Assembly: GCA_012026655.1 (NCBI GenBank)
Contig: JAAILG010000621.1
Span: 1-64,000, forward strand
Reading direction: 5' to 3'
DNA length: 64,000 nt
Source of the DNA: Hydrolagus affinis
Lineage: Eukaryota
This document shows, piece by piece, positions 25,864 to 39,615 of this stretch. The notes beneath the pieces were generated by a model. That model saw only the letters and a program-made list of their open reading frames with translations. It had not been told where the DNA came from and did not search any database. The translations under genes were made by a program, and so were the position numbers. Numbering within the stretch: position 1 is the stretch's first letter; each line of letters begins with the position of its first letter.

Positions 25864-25934
25864 CTGAAAAGAGACAAAGACATTGTGGGAAACAGGGTTT
25901 GTACTGAACATGATCATCATCTACATTGTGTTCT

Positions 25935-26270
25935 TCGGCGGACATGTCCACCTCACCTGTATACCTCCCTTTAAGGATCTTTACTAGATCCTCCTCTTCT
26001 TAAGTCGTCTCTGTTTGAGTGAAAACAATCCCAAATGTTTAGAACACATCTGCATATGAACAATCTCTCACACCCTGAATTGTCCTTGTAAATTATCTCT
26101 GTATTCTGATTTTTACAAATATATAATGAAGCATCCAGAACTGCACAAAGAACTCCAACTACAGCCTAGCCAAGGAGTGATATAAAATTAACATCACCAA
26201 TTTGCCTTTGTTTCAAATGCCCCTATATGTGAAACTTAAAATTCCATTTGCTTTGTTGTGGCTTTTTTTT
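25935..26270 (-). mobile_element. Decayed CR1 ORF2 3' region
   Basis: gaaaacaatccc...tgtccttgtaaattatctctgtattc...ccagaactgcacaaagaactccaactacagcctagccaag, colinear with 49325-49830. Confidence 0.7.
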
Positions 26271-27844
26271 GTGGATCCACACAAGATCTACACAAATCTA
26301 TTTGAACAGTGAACTTCTGAACTCTAATGAGCCAACCTCACTGTTAACAGCAATTTACCTTTATGTCAGGACTTTGCTCACGCTCAAAGAATCACAGAGT
26401 CAGTCTAGAGTTGGCATCAGGCAAAGGAAGACTTTTAGACTCTCTTCAGTCCTATCAGTACTAGCCATGCATCTCAAAGTGTTAGGGTGTCACTGCGTTG
26501 GCATCCTTGTTGTCCTGACTCAAAGATCAAAGCTTTGCTACTGAGTAAACAGGATAGAGCCTCAGACTTTTCAAGTGGAGTCATGTGGAGTGACTCATGT
26601 AAGTAGGAATTAAAGATGCTGGTCAGAGCTCAGTTGATGCAATTGCTCGGTGGAGATTCTTAGACTTGCAGCACTACCTAGTGGACAAGAAGCTAAACTC
26701 TACTGTTATGAGGGAAAAAAAAGTGTCACTTTGCCACATTGGCTTGCATCGAGCCTGGTAATAAAATAAACAATCATAGCCAGATTTTCTTAACTGAATG
26801 TCTTTTCCCTGTTCTCTGATTAAACTCTACTGTATAATAATGCACAGTCCCACAGCCTCTATAATTTTATGCCAAACACATGGTTGGGGTGGCTTCACTG
26901 TCTAATCCGTGTTAATTTGGTTTTATTGGAGGTTGGAGAGCCTGTTATTTGCAGCATTGGTGGGACAGTAAATTTTGTGGGTTTGTGCTCTTTCGTTTTA
27001 TTTGACTTTTTTAACACTTCGTAAAATTTAACTGGTGCACTCTGTGTTTACAAGTCCACAGAAGTACTGGCAGCTTGTCAGAGGTCTTGTTTTATTATGA
27101 TACCCAGTGAAATATTACTAGGCTTCGGATAATCATGCCAAGAACTTTATGAAAAACCAGGGATTATTTGACACCGTCTTCTTGCTGATACGTTACATGC
27201 TGGATAGGTACAGTGTAATAGAACACAAAGTCTCAGAGTGAAAAGAGAAAGTATTTAACAGTGACTGGAATCAAATGACAGGAAATTCTTTGTAATTTTA
27301 GATATTGAATCAGTATTTTGGACTAATTCTGCCATGAATCAGTTTGGAAGATTTGGCCCAGTGAAGTGAGCTGGACATTCCATAGCGCACAAGACGTTTC
27401 ACATCACTGGTCAGAAAAAATGCTCCCTTCTCTCCCAAATGTTCAGTCATTTCATGCTTGGTACAAAAAAAGCCCATTTGTGACTCCATAAGATAGCAAT
27501 CCCACAACTGGAGAGTCAGTTGCCAGCTCTAGTGTTGAAGTTCCATCATACTAAACCTGATCATGTTGGTGACATTCGGTCTAGTTCAGTGCCAGGCCAG
27601 CATAAAATGACATTTGAAGGTTAGTTCTTCAATCAAATCATGGGTCATGTCACTCTGTGGTATGTGACAACCCAATATCCACCTACGTGCTGGTACCAGT
27701 CCAATTGTACAAGAGATACCTAATCTAAAGGTGTATCATGTAGCTGTGATGCACTGCATATGGAGATGATTGAAGAGGAAAAATAAATCACAAACAATTT
27801 TTAAACATTTCTCCATTGTTTACCTGAGTAATATTAATAATAAA

Positions 27845-27930
27845 TACTAATAATAATTCTTGCACTTAATATAGCGCCTTATCCAAATCTTTGAGACATC
27901 TCAAAGGGCTTCACAGAATATACTGTATAT
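27845..27930 (-). mobile_element. 3' fragment of the young SINE
   Basis: taataataattcttgcacttaatatagcgcctt...cttcacagaatatactgta. Confidence 0.8.
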
Positions 27931-29369
27931 GGATACAATACATTGCTACAGTGTATTGATATATTGATATAAGATAAAGAATGGCTGAAAATACTTCCAT
28001 CAACTTTGGAGGATATAGCACAATTACGATGTGAAGACATAAGGTCCCTCTACAACACAATGCTGCAATTCTGGAAACTCATTGACTAAAAACTAAAATC
28101 AAATCCAACAAACAGGACAGAATCGACCTTTACCTAGTGTGCTTAGAACACATTTAAAACTTGGGTCCAAAGAATTTGGAAAACTATCAGTGCAGGATGT
28201 TTTCCTATGTGATTTGTTGTGTTTTGCTTTGTCTGTGTTTGGTTTATTCTGACTTGATGCAGGACCTTTGGGTCTGTTGTCTAGGTTTGTGGTTCTCACT
28301 GAGTTAACTCCGAATGGGTGACAAGGAGACATCTGGCTGTCAGCTACAATTACATCCCCGCACATGAAATTGTTTATAAATACTCGGGTTTCCCTTTGAA
28401 CGGAGATCTGTGACAAATAGCAGTTTTGGGTCATTAATGTAAGGGGTTGAGTCAATTTAAAGATTAAACAGAATTAAAAGAGATTTATGAGAGGTGGCGT
28501 ATTCCATTTTAACTGAGCAGGAATCTCTTTTCCAGCATTATGTTAAAGATGCTGTTTACCTTTATGGCCCACAAAGCCAGGCCTTGAATATAGCAAGACC
28601 TGGATCTGAAGTAGCTATTGAAATGGCAAAAAGGGAGTTTAGAACTGTCTGAATGAAAGCAATGACCAAATTTCTGCCATGAAATTTCTGCGTCACCGTG
28701 TTAAATTTGTACTACCACCAGAAAGTCTTGGATAATAAAAACAGGAATTCCTTGTATACAAGCCCTGGTGCCAAAGCTGGTGGGGAAACTAGGAAACCAA
28801 TGCAGAGGCTTATGATATCAATGCTTTCAGACAATTTCAAAGGACTGAACATTTGTATTTATGACACAAACTACGATACTCCAAATTGACTGCTGTTTCA
28901 TAAACAGGAACTCTGTGGTTTGCGATACACCACTGAGCTCCTGGTGAGTCCAGCTCCAAGTTAAAAGATTCCCACTTCCCAGGAAAACAGTTTCAAACTG
29001 CCTGGAAATCAGCTTGTTCAGCACCAGAACAGCATAAAGAAACTGACACCAATTCTAACCCATCTCAGAGACCACAGAACTGGCACAGCATGTGTTGGAA
29101 TATTATTAACCTATTCCAGGACTCAGTTCAGCGGTAGAGCTGTATTGAATGCACTAGCTCAAGTAAATATTGTTTGAATCCGTGGAATCTAACTTAAATC
29201 CTCACTGTAAACAGGATGTGAAGAATACTCTGCTGAAATATTTGAGCTGCAAGTTTCATGCCTGATGTTTACCAGTTCGCCTTCTGTTATCAGAGGCTGG
29301 TATGAACCAAGCCTATGTTGTGTAGGGCAAGAAAGTGACCCATCCCATCACATGGGAATAACAAAGTAA

Positions 29370-30520
29370 CAGATTCACACAGAGATAGACCAGTGGCCCA
29401 TTTGGACTTACCCCTTCAATTTCCCCAAAGATTGCTTTGTCACATCTATCTCATCATCCAACAACTTGGAATCCTTTAGGTAGTCTCTCTTACTCTCAAA
29501 GGCTGTGTGGATTTTTTTTCTACAAAAAAAGCTTCCTTTTATTTTCCACTCACATTTCCACCCAGAGAGCAAAACCGGATTGTTATCAGACCTTCCAGAT
29601 GTTCCCTTGCTAATCAGGTCCCTTTTCTTAGTTAAAACCAGATCCACTATTGTATTTTTCCCTGGTTAGTTTCGCTCACATTGTTTCAGAAATGAATCCC
29701 ACCACAACTTCAATGCAATCGCAATCGCGGGTGGCCGATCCTCCATTGTAAATCACAATTTTATATTGGGGGAAGTTGAAATCCCCTGTGATCAATCCCG
29801 AGAACCTGGCACTCATCTGCTATGACCTCCCAAGGCACTACCTCCAACTCCTCTGCTTGTCCAGTGCCCTGCAGCATGTAACAGCCACTCATATTCCTTC
29901 TCCCCTTTTTCACTTCAAAACAGAGACGTGGTCCTACTTCCAACATGCTTATTCTCAGCCACGGATAATTGTTCCCCCAATAAATAACTCACTGCCTTTG
30001 CTTTTCATCTCTGAAGCACTCAACACCTTGCAGGTTAATTCTCCACGCATCATTATTTTTGAGCATAAGTTGCAGTTATTGCTAGACCATTGGCTTCCTC
30101 CCAATTTAGTAGCACCCCAAGCTCACCATTGTGTTCCTTATTATACCCCTTGAATTCATATAAATGCACCATTAGAAACAGTTCCTAATTATCATTTACT
30201 TGTGGCCAGCCCTTTTTTCTCTTTCCCAATGTCTTAGATTTACATCCCCCCACAAACTGCCTTAATTACCCTTCCTGCTAAGTTACACATTGGAAACATT
30301 GATTCCCATCTGGTTTAAGTGAAGCCTGTTCCCTTTGAGTAACTTCCCCCCGCTCCAGAAGATGTCTGAAGAATTTGCAACCGTCCCTTCACTACTTCAC
30401 ATGGTGACTGACGTATCTTGTCTGTCTCTCCTTGGTGGATCCAGCACGTGGCACTGGTAGTAATTCTGAGATTGTTACTCTTTAGGTCATTGGCACCTGA
30501 ACCAGTGTTTCTAGAGCAGG
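29370..30520 (-). mobile_element. Decayed CR1-clade LINE internal fragment: AP-endonuclease region of ORF2 and probable ORF1 end
   Basis: The minus strand of 29768-29792 reads ITGDFNFP (EN GDFN motif), followed downstream by DLVLT and SDNN (SDHN-like). Many stops and frameshifts. Confidence 0.75.
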
Positions 30521-33500
30521 CCATAAACTGTAGCCTTTGTCAGTATGTGAAGAAGATGTGTTAATAATGCTCTTGTTGTAGATTTATTATAAGACGTGGA
30601 ATGAGAATTTTATACGTTACTACTGAAGTTCTTTGGTTGCATTCATATTGATGCAAGCTTTCAATGGCTCTAAATCTCATTTATTGGACAATTAGCATGG
30701 GGAGTGCGCAAAATAATGACTGGTAGAGAGGTTTAAGTGTAAACTGCACGCTGTAAACGGTGATTAAAGGAGTTAGTCTCGGATCAGCCTTTAACTGGCA
30801 GTGCTGTTTTTCTGCCAGGTCTGTCAGCACTGAAGCCATAGAAAAGAAATGTGTGTCTAGTGACTCTTGAAGACTCTGACATTCGAGTTGTGGATCATGT
30901 TAGCAGTGACTGTACTGAGCAATTAAACTGCTTTTATTACAGGCTCTTCTGCAAAATAGTATTGTTACCTCCGATAAGGCAGAGCAGTTCATTCTCTCAG
31001 TCTCTGTTGTACACTCTCCCTCCGTTCTCTCGTTTTCATGGTGAATATAACACTGCTGCCACTTCTCTGTGTCTGAGCTGTTTAGCTGAAGATGTACAAA
31101 CCAGTTTGCAATGGATGGATAACACTTTTGCAGAGTACATATTAGGAATAGACTTGAGCAAGGATCTTGATTGGCTGCAAACTCCATTAAAAGACACACC
31201 AGAGATTAGGCTTCACCCTGCAAAGCTGTCTCTGTTTATCATCAGGGACATTCATTAGTGTAAAATCAGGAGGATTACAGACAACAATATATACATATTT
31301 TAATTGCACTTATACTTGCTCTTATACAGAACCTTTCACCAAAGATTTTTAAATTGCATTTAAACTATATAGAACCTTTCATCAAGGACAAATAAACACT
31401 TTTAAATCCTTCAGAAAAAACATAAAATGCTTTGCTAAATATAGAGGCACATATTTTAAAGACAATGATATCTTTATCCAGGTTGAGCACTGTGCCAAAC
31501 TGGCCTTGTGCTAAATCCCATAATATACACTGGCTTTGTGCAATAACCTCTAATTCAAGGTTGTCTGATCAAAGGGGAAAGGAGTTGGTGTATCCTTAAC
31601 CGAGGTGCATTTGTGAGTGGAAGTCCTGGAGCATCCTGAGAGTCACATTGTAAATATCACTGACAATGGCTTCTTTGGAGTGGACACCTTTGTGCTTTTG
31701 CATTGCTTCACAACTTCCTTAACTGGAACTCCATTCTTTATTTTATCTATGTGAACGCTGGAGGTGGATTTTGCCGTCAGATGTAAGACACAGCTACTGA
31801 ACACGCTCGCTTCACATTTCCTGCGCAGAATTTTTTTAAAATTTTTTTTTTGTCTGGCCGGTTCTTGCGGGTTTTAATTTTGAAAATTCATCTCGGGTGT
31901 ATTTGTGAGACAGCTCATTGCTATTCATTAACAATGGGCAAATCAGAAAAGGTAAATTGTCCTATTAGCACCAGTCAGTCAAACAACGGTTGGTAGAAAA
32001 AGGTCAGAGCAAAAAAATGATCAGCCTTAATGACCGGAATGAGTAATTACAGTGAAACAATAATCACAAAATTTAACCCTGATCACATTCCCTTGTAGAT
32101 ATCAGCAAAATACGTGAAACTCACTCTATAATCATGAGTTAGGAAGCAATGGTTAAACATCCAGCTTGTGGGTGAGCAATGCAATGTAGCTCCTCACTCA
32201 GTCACCGCTTTCCAATAATTGGACAATGTTATGTCCTATACATTAGTCCTCCCTTTTATTATTATTTAGGTTCCAATAGGATCTTACTGGTTTGGGAATT
32301 AATCTTACTGGATTCGATTGCACAAACTTCATATCCTGTGCCTCTCTGCTACCAGTGACAAAGATATTCCTATCGGACAAAATGTAGTAGGCCCCAGCAT
32401 CCATTCCCAAGAACTGCTCAGTTAATTACAATCAATATTCAATTATCAGTAAATTAATCAGTTCAATCAAAAAGTCACTGCCTTTTCTTGGCCTATTTTA
32501 TTTCTTTGTCTTGGCTGCTGGGTTCCGTGTGAGGAGCCGTGTGCTGAATATTATTGGCGGACTTGGGGAGGAGGTAAAATATACTCAGCCTGCATGTGCA
32601 GCTCTTGGATATGTCTGACCTTTACATAATATAATCTAACTGCCCTGCATCTCCTACGCCACAGAAAACAGATGCAAATGACATTTCTGCCAAGAATTTG
32701 CTAATTAAAATGACTTATCTGCAGTTTGTAATTGAACGGTTGTCAAGTCCTAACTTTTACAAGCTGTTGTGAATTTTGCTCATATTAAAAGTTTCATCCC
32801 CTTAAAGAATCGGATCCAATTTGCGTTAATAAAACATGAGGCACTACGTGATAAGGCAAAATAAGCTTTGTATTTTTATGATATTCATGTTTCTCCCGTG
32901 TGTTGGTTTCTTAAAAAAAGTCATATTAAACCAATAATTCCTGAAAACTTATTGTTTTTAAAAAAGTGTTTTTGAAAAATGTACGTGTTGTGAGTCAGAT
33001 TCTTACCCATTCCCTCCCCTTTTTTCTTTACATTTATTTTCTGTTCTCGTTTATTCCTGTTCACCACGCCTTGACTCATATGTGGCAGATTTGTCTCAAG
33101 AATATATCTTTATCTGACAGCTGGAGGGCGACTTCGCTGATTTTCACTGTGTCCTTCGGTCTCTACTTTTACGTTTTCTTGATGAACCTCAAGACCAGGT
33201 ATTTCATTGGTTAGAGAATGGTGAACTGACACTGTGAGGGAGCTGAACTAACTTTGGTTATTGAAGCAGAGAGCCCCATGTTTCAGTCATCACCACCCTT
33301 TAATAATGTAAGGTAAATTAACTATTTTCCATTTATCGGAACCATGCTTTAGCCGGGTCCTTATTGTTTCTATTACATCAGCCACTGGCAAAGATTGTAC
33401 TTCCATAACTGCATTATCTACTGCTATATGAACTGTTTGTAACTCATTCATTACAGAGATAAATAGAGCAGGATGTTTATATCAAGTGCATTATGTGAAC

Positions 33501-35277
33501 CAAACTCCCGATGAACGATTTAATGAAAAGCTTTCAGTGATCATACCCCTTAAATATACAGTACAGTAATTATTTTCTCTAATAGGATTTAGAAAGAAGA
33601 TCGGCAGCAAAATTCCCTCTTTATTAGATGGAATTTACTTGAATCTAAAGTCAAGAGCATTTCTTCATGAATTCATTGAGTCATTGTGTAAAGTAGACTA
33701 AAGGAAATTTCTGTAAAATGACCTTTTTCATAAGAAAATATATTGTATTACGCAAGTATGACTTCCTTGTGTACTTGGCACTGTACCTAATCTACAACAA
33801 CATCCTGTCAGAATTGTATTCTAAGGCTTCATATATCTGTTTTCTGCCAAGACCTTGCCATGGTTTAGCAAGCACGGTAATCCTTGGAGTCCTCAATTTC
33901 CATGTTTTAGTGACCAACACCTATAAACATGAAATGGTCGGAGATTAAATAACAGAACTTTGAATAGACTTTGTTCCTGCTGAGGGACAGAATATATTCC
34001 CACTCAGCAAGTTAACTTTTTATGTGAAGTTTAGCTTCAAAGCTGCGATTTGTCAACATTATAATAGTTTTTTCGTCAAACACTACAAATCAAAAGGCGG
34101 GTTTCAAGTAATTGTTTTTTACAAGTTTAAAATCAAAATCATTTTGGTGTGTTTGCATCGATTACCAGTATACATATTCTTTTCTACTTGTCTCCCAGAC
34201 TGGGAAACTATCTAGAAAACGGAAATCTTTTAAACACTATCTAATTGTACCATTATATCAGAGCAGACAACATAAAAATGTAACAATGTTATTGCCTCTG
34301 GTCCTCAGTTACCTTAATTGCCTCAAATGATCCTTAACATTATAGTACAATAGTATATTTAACAATGAAATCTGCCCCAGTTATATTAAAGGTATAGCAG
34401 TTCACCGTTAATGGGACACATTAAAGGGACATTTACAAATGACATCATAAATTGCTGTCATCAGAATGCTGTGTAAACGACAACACGTGAATAAATGATG
34501 TACTGTAAAATGTAGCATATCAGGTGCACAACTGTAAAGATCCCATCCTTAACTGTTACATTGGATAGACAGCTGGCAAATTGTACCAGTACATTAGTTG
34601 CACATCCAGCTCATATGCATCTGCATGACTAGCTTCCCAGAGACCTGGCAGATAGTGGATTTTAAACTCCGGAAGCAAAATGGAAAAAAAAATCATCTTC
34701 GACCATCTGCTTTGAGAAACATAACAGTTTGCCCTTTCAACAACCAAGATCTACACAAGAGGTCTCGTCAAATCTCTCCAAAATGCAACCTTTTTTTGGC
34801 TTGAATTAGATATCGGAGAAGAGGTTCTCTCGGAGACCCCCTCCTCCACATTGATGGAATTGCACCTATTGTCGGATCCAATCGTTCAGGATCGCTTCAG
34901 AAGAGGACCAGTGCTCGCTGTATCCGCAGTCAAATAAAAGTACCCAACCGTCGTGGTAAGAACTCAGGGATTTACAGGATATGTTCCCAAATGCTCACAC
35001 GCACCGTGCAACATGTTGCAAATATATAGTTTATTTCCGACGCTCTCATTTCCTTTCTCTTCTGTATATTTGTGTTTGTTTTGATATTTATTCGGTATCG
35101 ATGAAAACTTTTACATTAAAAAAAACGGCATTACTAAAAGGGAATGAAATTACAGTGGCTCTGTTGATGTACTCGGAGATTCCATTAGACAAGGATAATC
35201 ACGACCAATTGCAAACTGCGCCTGCTCTGCTGTTCCCATTTCAGATTTGAAAAAATGTCTCTGACTATGGTTATTAA

Positions 35278-35574
35278 GGAGTCCTGTAGCTCAGTGGCTA
35301 GAGCACTTGCTTTACAAGCGTGAGCCCTGTTTTTCAAATCCAGGCAGGTCAGGGTGAAACCTTGGGCAAGTTTCCTTACTCCACATGCCTAATAATAATC
35401 TCTCCAAAAAATTCGCATTTAATCCACGACTGTTTGTGGGACACTGCTATACGGAATTGGCTGCGCATTTCGCCCACAAATATACAGTAAATTCATTTTA
35501 CAGTATATTCTGTGAAGCGCTTTGAGACGTCTAGAAGACATGAAAAATGCTCTATCAAATGCAAGGATTATTAT
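35278..35574 (+). mobile_element. Young full-length tRNA-derived SINE (~300 bp) with partial Deu domain and L2-type 3' tail
   Basis: A-box tagctcagtggctagagc, B-box-like ttcaaatcc, ctgtttgtgggacactgct...aattggctgc, tail gcaaggattattat. Many similar copies occur in the window. Confidence 0.92.
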
Positions 35575-35899
35575 AAACAAACTGAGGACTTTACTGAACA
35601 TACATTGATTGTATTTCAGATTACTCCAAATTTTAGTTACACGTTTACCGCTCCATTATCTGGAAAAAGCACTTATTGAACAGGGAGGATCGCCTCAATG
35701 TATGAGGAATGTTGGAACCTGTATGGGGAGCCCTGTCAGAAACCGGGCATTGGCTGTTCAGCTTGAGGGCATAGCAGGAGCCAGGTGTCAACACATCATA
35801 AATGAATGTCCTCAAGTCACCGCAGCTCTTGCCGGGGGAAAAAAAAGGTTGTTTTATCTGATTCCCACAGAAGGTGAAACAGTACTTCCACCAAATAGC

Positions 35900-36215
35900 T
35901 GTACTCAGAATGGTCGGAGGTCTGCGTGTGTGGTTGTCTGATCAGTTATATATAACAAAGCCATCTTATGAAAGAGGAAATAGCAACATTCTATGCAGGA
36001 GTTGCACAGTTTGAAAAAAGAAGGGAGTTTTTCTTTGTCTCCTGTCCAACAATCCCCCAGACAAAATTGATCATTCACTTTGTGGCTGTTGTGGAACATT
36101 ACTGTGCACAAATTGGCTGTCATTTTTGCCTGCAAAGATGCAATCACTAAAGTTAACAGTAAATCCTGTGAAACGCTTTGAGATATCATGATGATATGAT
36201 AACTGGCTATATCAA
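35900..36215 (+). mobile_element. DeuSINE remnant
   Basis: gggagttttctttgtctcctgtccaacaatccc...gctgttgtggaacattactgtgcacaaattggctgtc...ctgtgaaacgctttgagat. Confidence 0.7.
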
Positions 36216-39200
36216 AAACTAGGGTCAATAATATAATTGTTATGTTAGGTATTAATGAACGTTCGTTCAGCAGTAATACAGGAGCCCTCACTGCAATGCT
36301 GACGGCAGGAATGCTGATGGTGTACAGCTCCCTCCAGTGAAGGACGTAGATCACTGCAGCTTCTGGTGGAATGGACTGACCCTTTTCTCAGTCATGTGCA
36401 GGTACTAATGATCAAATCACTCCTGCATCTCCATGAGTCATGAAGGTCTGAATCACCCCCTACATTCTCTGTGCTTTCATCTGCTGGTAAAACAGCTTCA
36501 AATTGCACTGTTTCCATTACCCGAGATCTTCCAATGAGAAGGTTGTATAAGCAAGATAGCTCAGTCAAATGGAACAATAGAACCAAAAAGCATTTTCATT
36601 TACTGGTACAAAACAGGGCTTTGAAGCTCGTTCAAGTAATATTTTAACTTGAGTTACATTTTTAATAACTTAGATGAATTTGTGTAGCAGAAGTGATATA
36701 TTACACGTAAACTGTGCCAAAATGAATGAATAGGGCCAGTCTGCCCTGAGCCCTTCAGCTTTCCATTCTCACTAGCCATCAGCAAATGTTAAATGACATC
36801 AGAGCATCAAGCATTGCAATGCTGGTAGTTGGAAGTGTATTGTTATGGCTCCCTCCAGTGAAGCTTACAGTTTACTACAGGCTTCAGTGAAATGGGCCTT
36901 TCCTAGTACTAGGGTTAGACACCCTCTCAGGGCGTTCCTCTGATCAATGATCTCCCAGGATTGCAAGACAGTGATTGTGCAGGATATGACAAGGGGATCT
37001 GCTCTCTGTCTCCCATCAGCATTGGCTGGCTGCTCTACTTCCTGATGTTACCAGGGCTGGAAGTGGTCTTCCATCCTCAAACCCTAATCAATGTGCAAGG
37101 CTGAAGTTCAATTATATGGGAATATAAAAAGACAAAATACACAGTGGAGGTAAAAGATCACAGATTGGGAAAGTAGTGGTGCAGTTTGTAACTCGTTCTT
37201 CAACACCACCTCATCTTAAAAACTGTGGAAGACAAGTTGCCTAAAGCAAACACATCGACTTTATTATTAAACGCTCTTCCAGCTGAAAGAAAACATAATG
37301 TCGATACAAACGGCAATGAAAATGTTCACTCTAGACCCCCACCATGTCAATGTTGTTCCGGTAGCTTGGGAAACTTCTCCTGCCTCACTGCTAAATAACT
37401 CAGTAGATGAAAGACTGAGGGATTCAGGTTGCGTCCCACCACTAAGTGCAGGGTTACATTGAGATTCTGTTCCACCGTTCTGCAAATAAATCTAATTTTA
37501 TTTTAGAATATCTCTCAACGGCCTGTAAGACAATGGCGCATTTCTGTGACCAGAATGTTAATTATTATTTGCTCATGTAAACCCAGGTAAAAATTAATTT
37601 GGTTTGGTTGATGCCAATTGGCTAGGCAGATCACATCAGATTGGCTACCAAGATATTTACAAATCCAAGTGATTTGAGCCCGTGCCAGAATATTTTAGTT
37701 TCCTCTTTCCATCGTACTTTATACGGGAGGAATGATCTACACATAATAAAAACATAATATACCGATGCCTGCTCTTGTCACGTGGAGATCAAAGCTTCAG
37801 CAATTTGACAGTGAATGTTTTTTATGGTTGCTATCAGAGCACACATCCATTGCCACAGGAAAGAGCTCCTTCTGGCAAAAAAAATAACTAGCCAGTCTAT
37901 GGGTTTCCAATATCTGAAATTTAGTTGGCCAACTAATATTTTAGTAGCCTGGAGTTACTATAAATTACTTTTTCCAATTTACCAACTTGTCACTGTGAGT
38001 ATGTAAAGAATGTTGACCCGAGGCTTTGGCTTACAGTACAGCACTGTGAGAAAGTACTCCCGAGACTGACAAGATAAAGGAATTCTGCCTCCTTGTACTT
38101 TGCCTGTCCGAAAGATTTAAACCATTGATCCATACAGTAGAAAGTTGGATTTGTAAAGTTGCATTTTAATTTTATTGCATTGCAATAACAAGCTGTATTC
38201 TTCCGCCGTTGTTTCCTATGTACACATTTTTCATAAACTTCATGTAAAATTTTCTTTTACACCAATTCCATTATTACCAAGCAATTGAAGTGTCTGACAG
38301 ACCCGAATATCCAGGAAATAAAGTAGAAGTGAAAGGGTTACATGACAAGGGGAGAGATAAATCACTGCTGGTAACACTGTCCTTTTGAAAAACCGCATAT
38401 TAGACTAAATGAGATCTAATGTATATATCAGCAAACAGTTATAGATACATTTTGCTTTGAAAGTCTCATCTGTCTTTCCTGTTAAACAGCATTTGACACT
38501 CAAGAATGATGGCTGTAAGCGAACACTGTATGCCAAAGCAATAAGACTTGATGAACGCCTCAGCTGTAAAGAATGTGACACGTTTTACAACATTATATAG
38601 CCTGTTTGCAGCAGCAGAGCTGAGGCAGGAATGATTGACTGGAGGGCAGGTTACTTGGAGTCGACGAGCCACCTAAAGCATTTGCTGGTAGCGGGTGGTG
38701 ATGACAGTAAAATCTGGGGGTGCAGACATTCCATTGCTAAATGCTGAGATTGTCTTTCGCATGTGCCATTTTATTGAAACAAAGCTGTAACCTGTCATCA
38801 ACTTGAAGCCACGTGTGAGAGTCAGCAGACGACAGATAAATCTGCGATACAGCATGAATTGGAGGCAGTAATACTAGTACTTCAGTTCGTAAGGAGAGAC
38901 AAAATATGTATAACATGTTTGGGAACAAATAGATAGTAAGGCTTGTCTCAGAAATGTACTTCTGCAGAGAATAAAAGACAAGGAACTGTTGAAGGTCTTG
39001 ACAATCCATCCAGTTCAATCTGTCGTTTATTAGCCTGTTCAAAAACTCCGCAGATCACAGTTACCTACATCCTGCTTCTTTGCCAAGTCCATCCCCCTGT
39101 TCCTGATTCAATCACGAATCTGCCTTATATCCTGTCCCATTGCTCCATGTGAGTTGGCACACACTGGGCTGGGCAATAGGATCTTAAATGTTCCTTCTCT

Positions 39201-39519
39201 GCCCCTGAGTCTCGTTTTGTTATTGCTTAGAACAGTTTTAGTAAGTTTCAAAAAAACATCCGTTTGTGGACACTGAAAAAATACTTTCTGAAATTGGGAG
39301 GAATGTGAACGGAGTCCAGCCACCACACAAATAAATCCAACACTTTGTATAGAGTCACAGATTCTATGGGAGCTGGCACACAAATCCTTTATTTCTTTGG
39401 AGTCTCTGAAGGAGAAAGTCCAGCTTTTCCCTTCTCATGTATTCTGCACAACGTGGGTCTGTGGATGAAGGAAAGTATAAAATAGACAAGCAAGGAGCAA
39501 AGAGAGTCTGGGGCGATTA

Positions 39520-39615
39520 ATAATACTGTAATACGAATCCTTTGCCTTTGAGACGTTTCAAAGTGCTTCACAGAATAGACTGTGAAGTAAATTGACTGTA
39601 TATTTTGTAGCGAAT
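39520..39615 (-). mobile_element. 3' fragment of the young SINE
   Basis: tttgagacgtttcaaagtgcttcacagaatagactgtgaagtaaattgactgtatattt. Confidence 0.75.

Noticed and set aside
30851-31258. 135-aa ORF with a faint L2-like CL..D...WM motif
   Set aside because: There is no other supporting motif and no splice structure; too weak to call.
35609-36354. 110-aa and 149-aa ORFs
   Set aside because: No recognisable homology; the second overlaps a DeuSINE remnant.
36631-36650. ttcaagtaat matching the start of miR-26
   Set aside because: The match stops after 10 nt with no hairpin; I recognised no conserved miRNA anywhere in the window.
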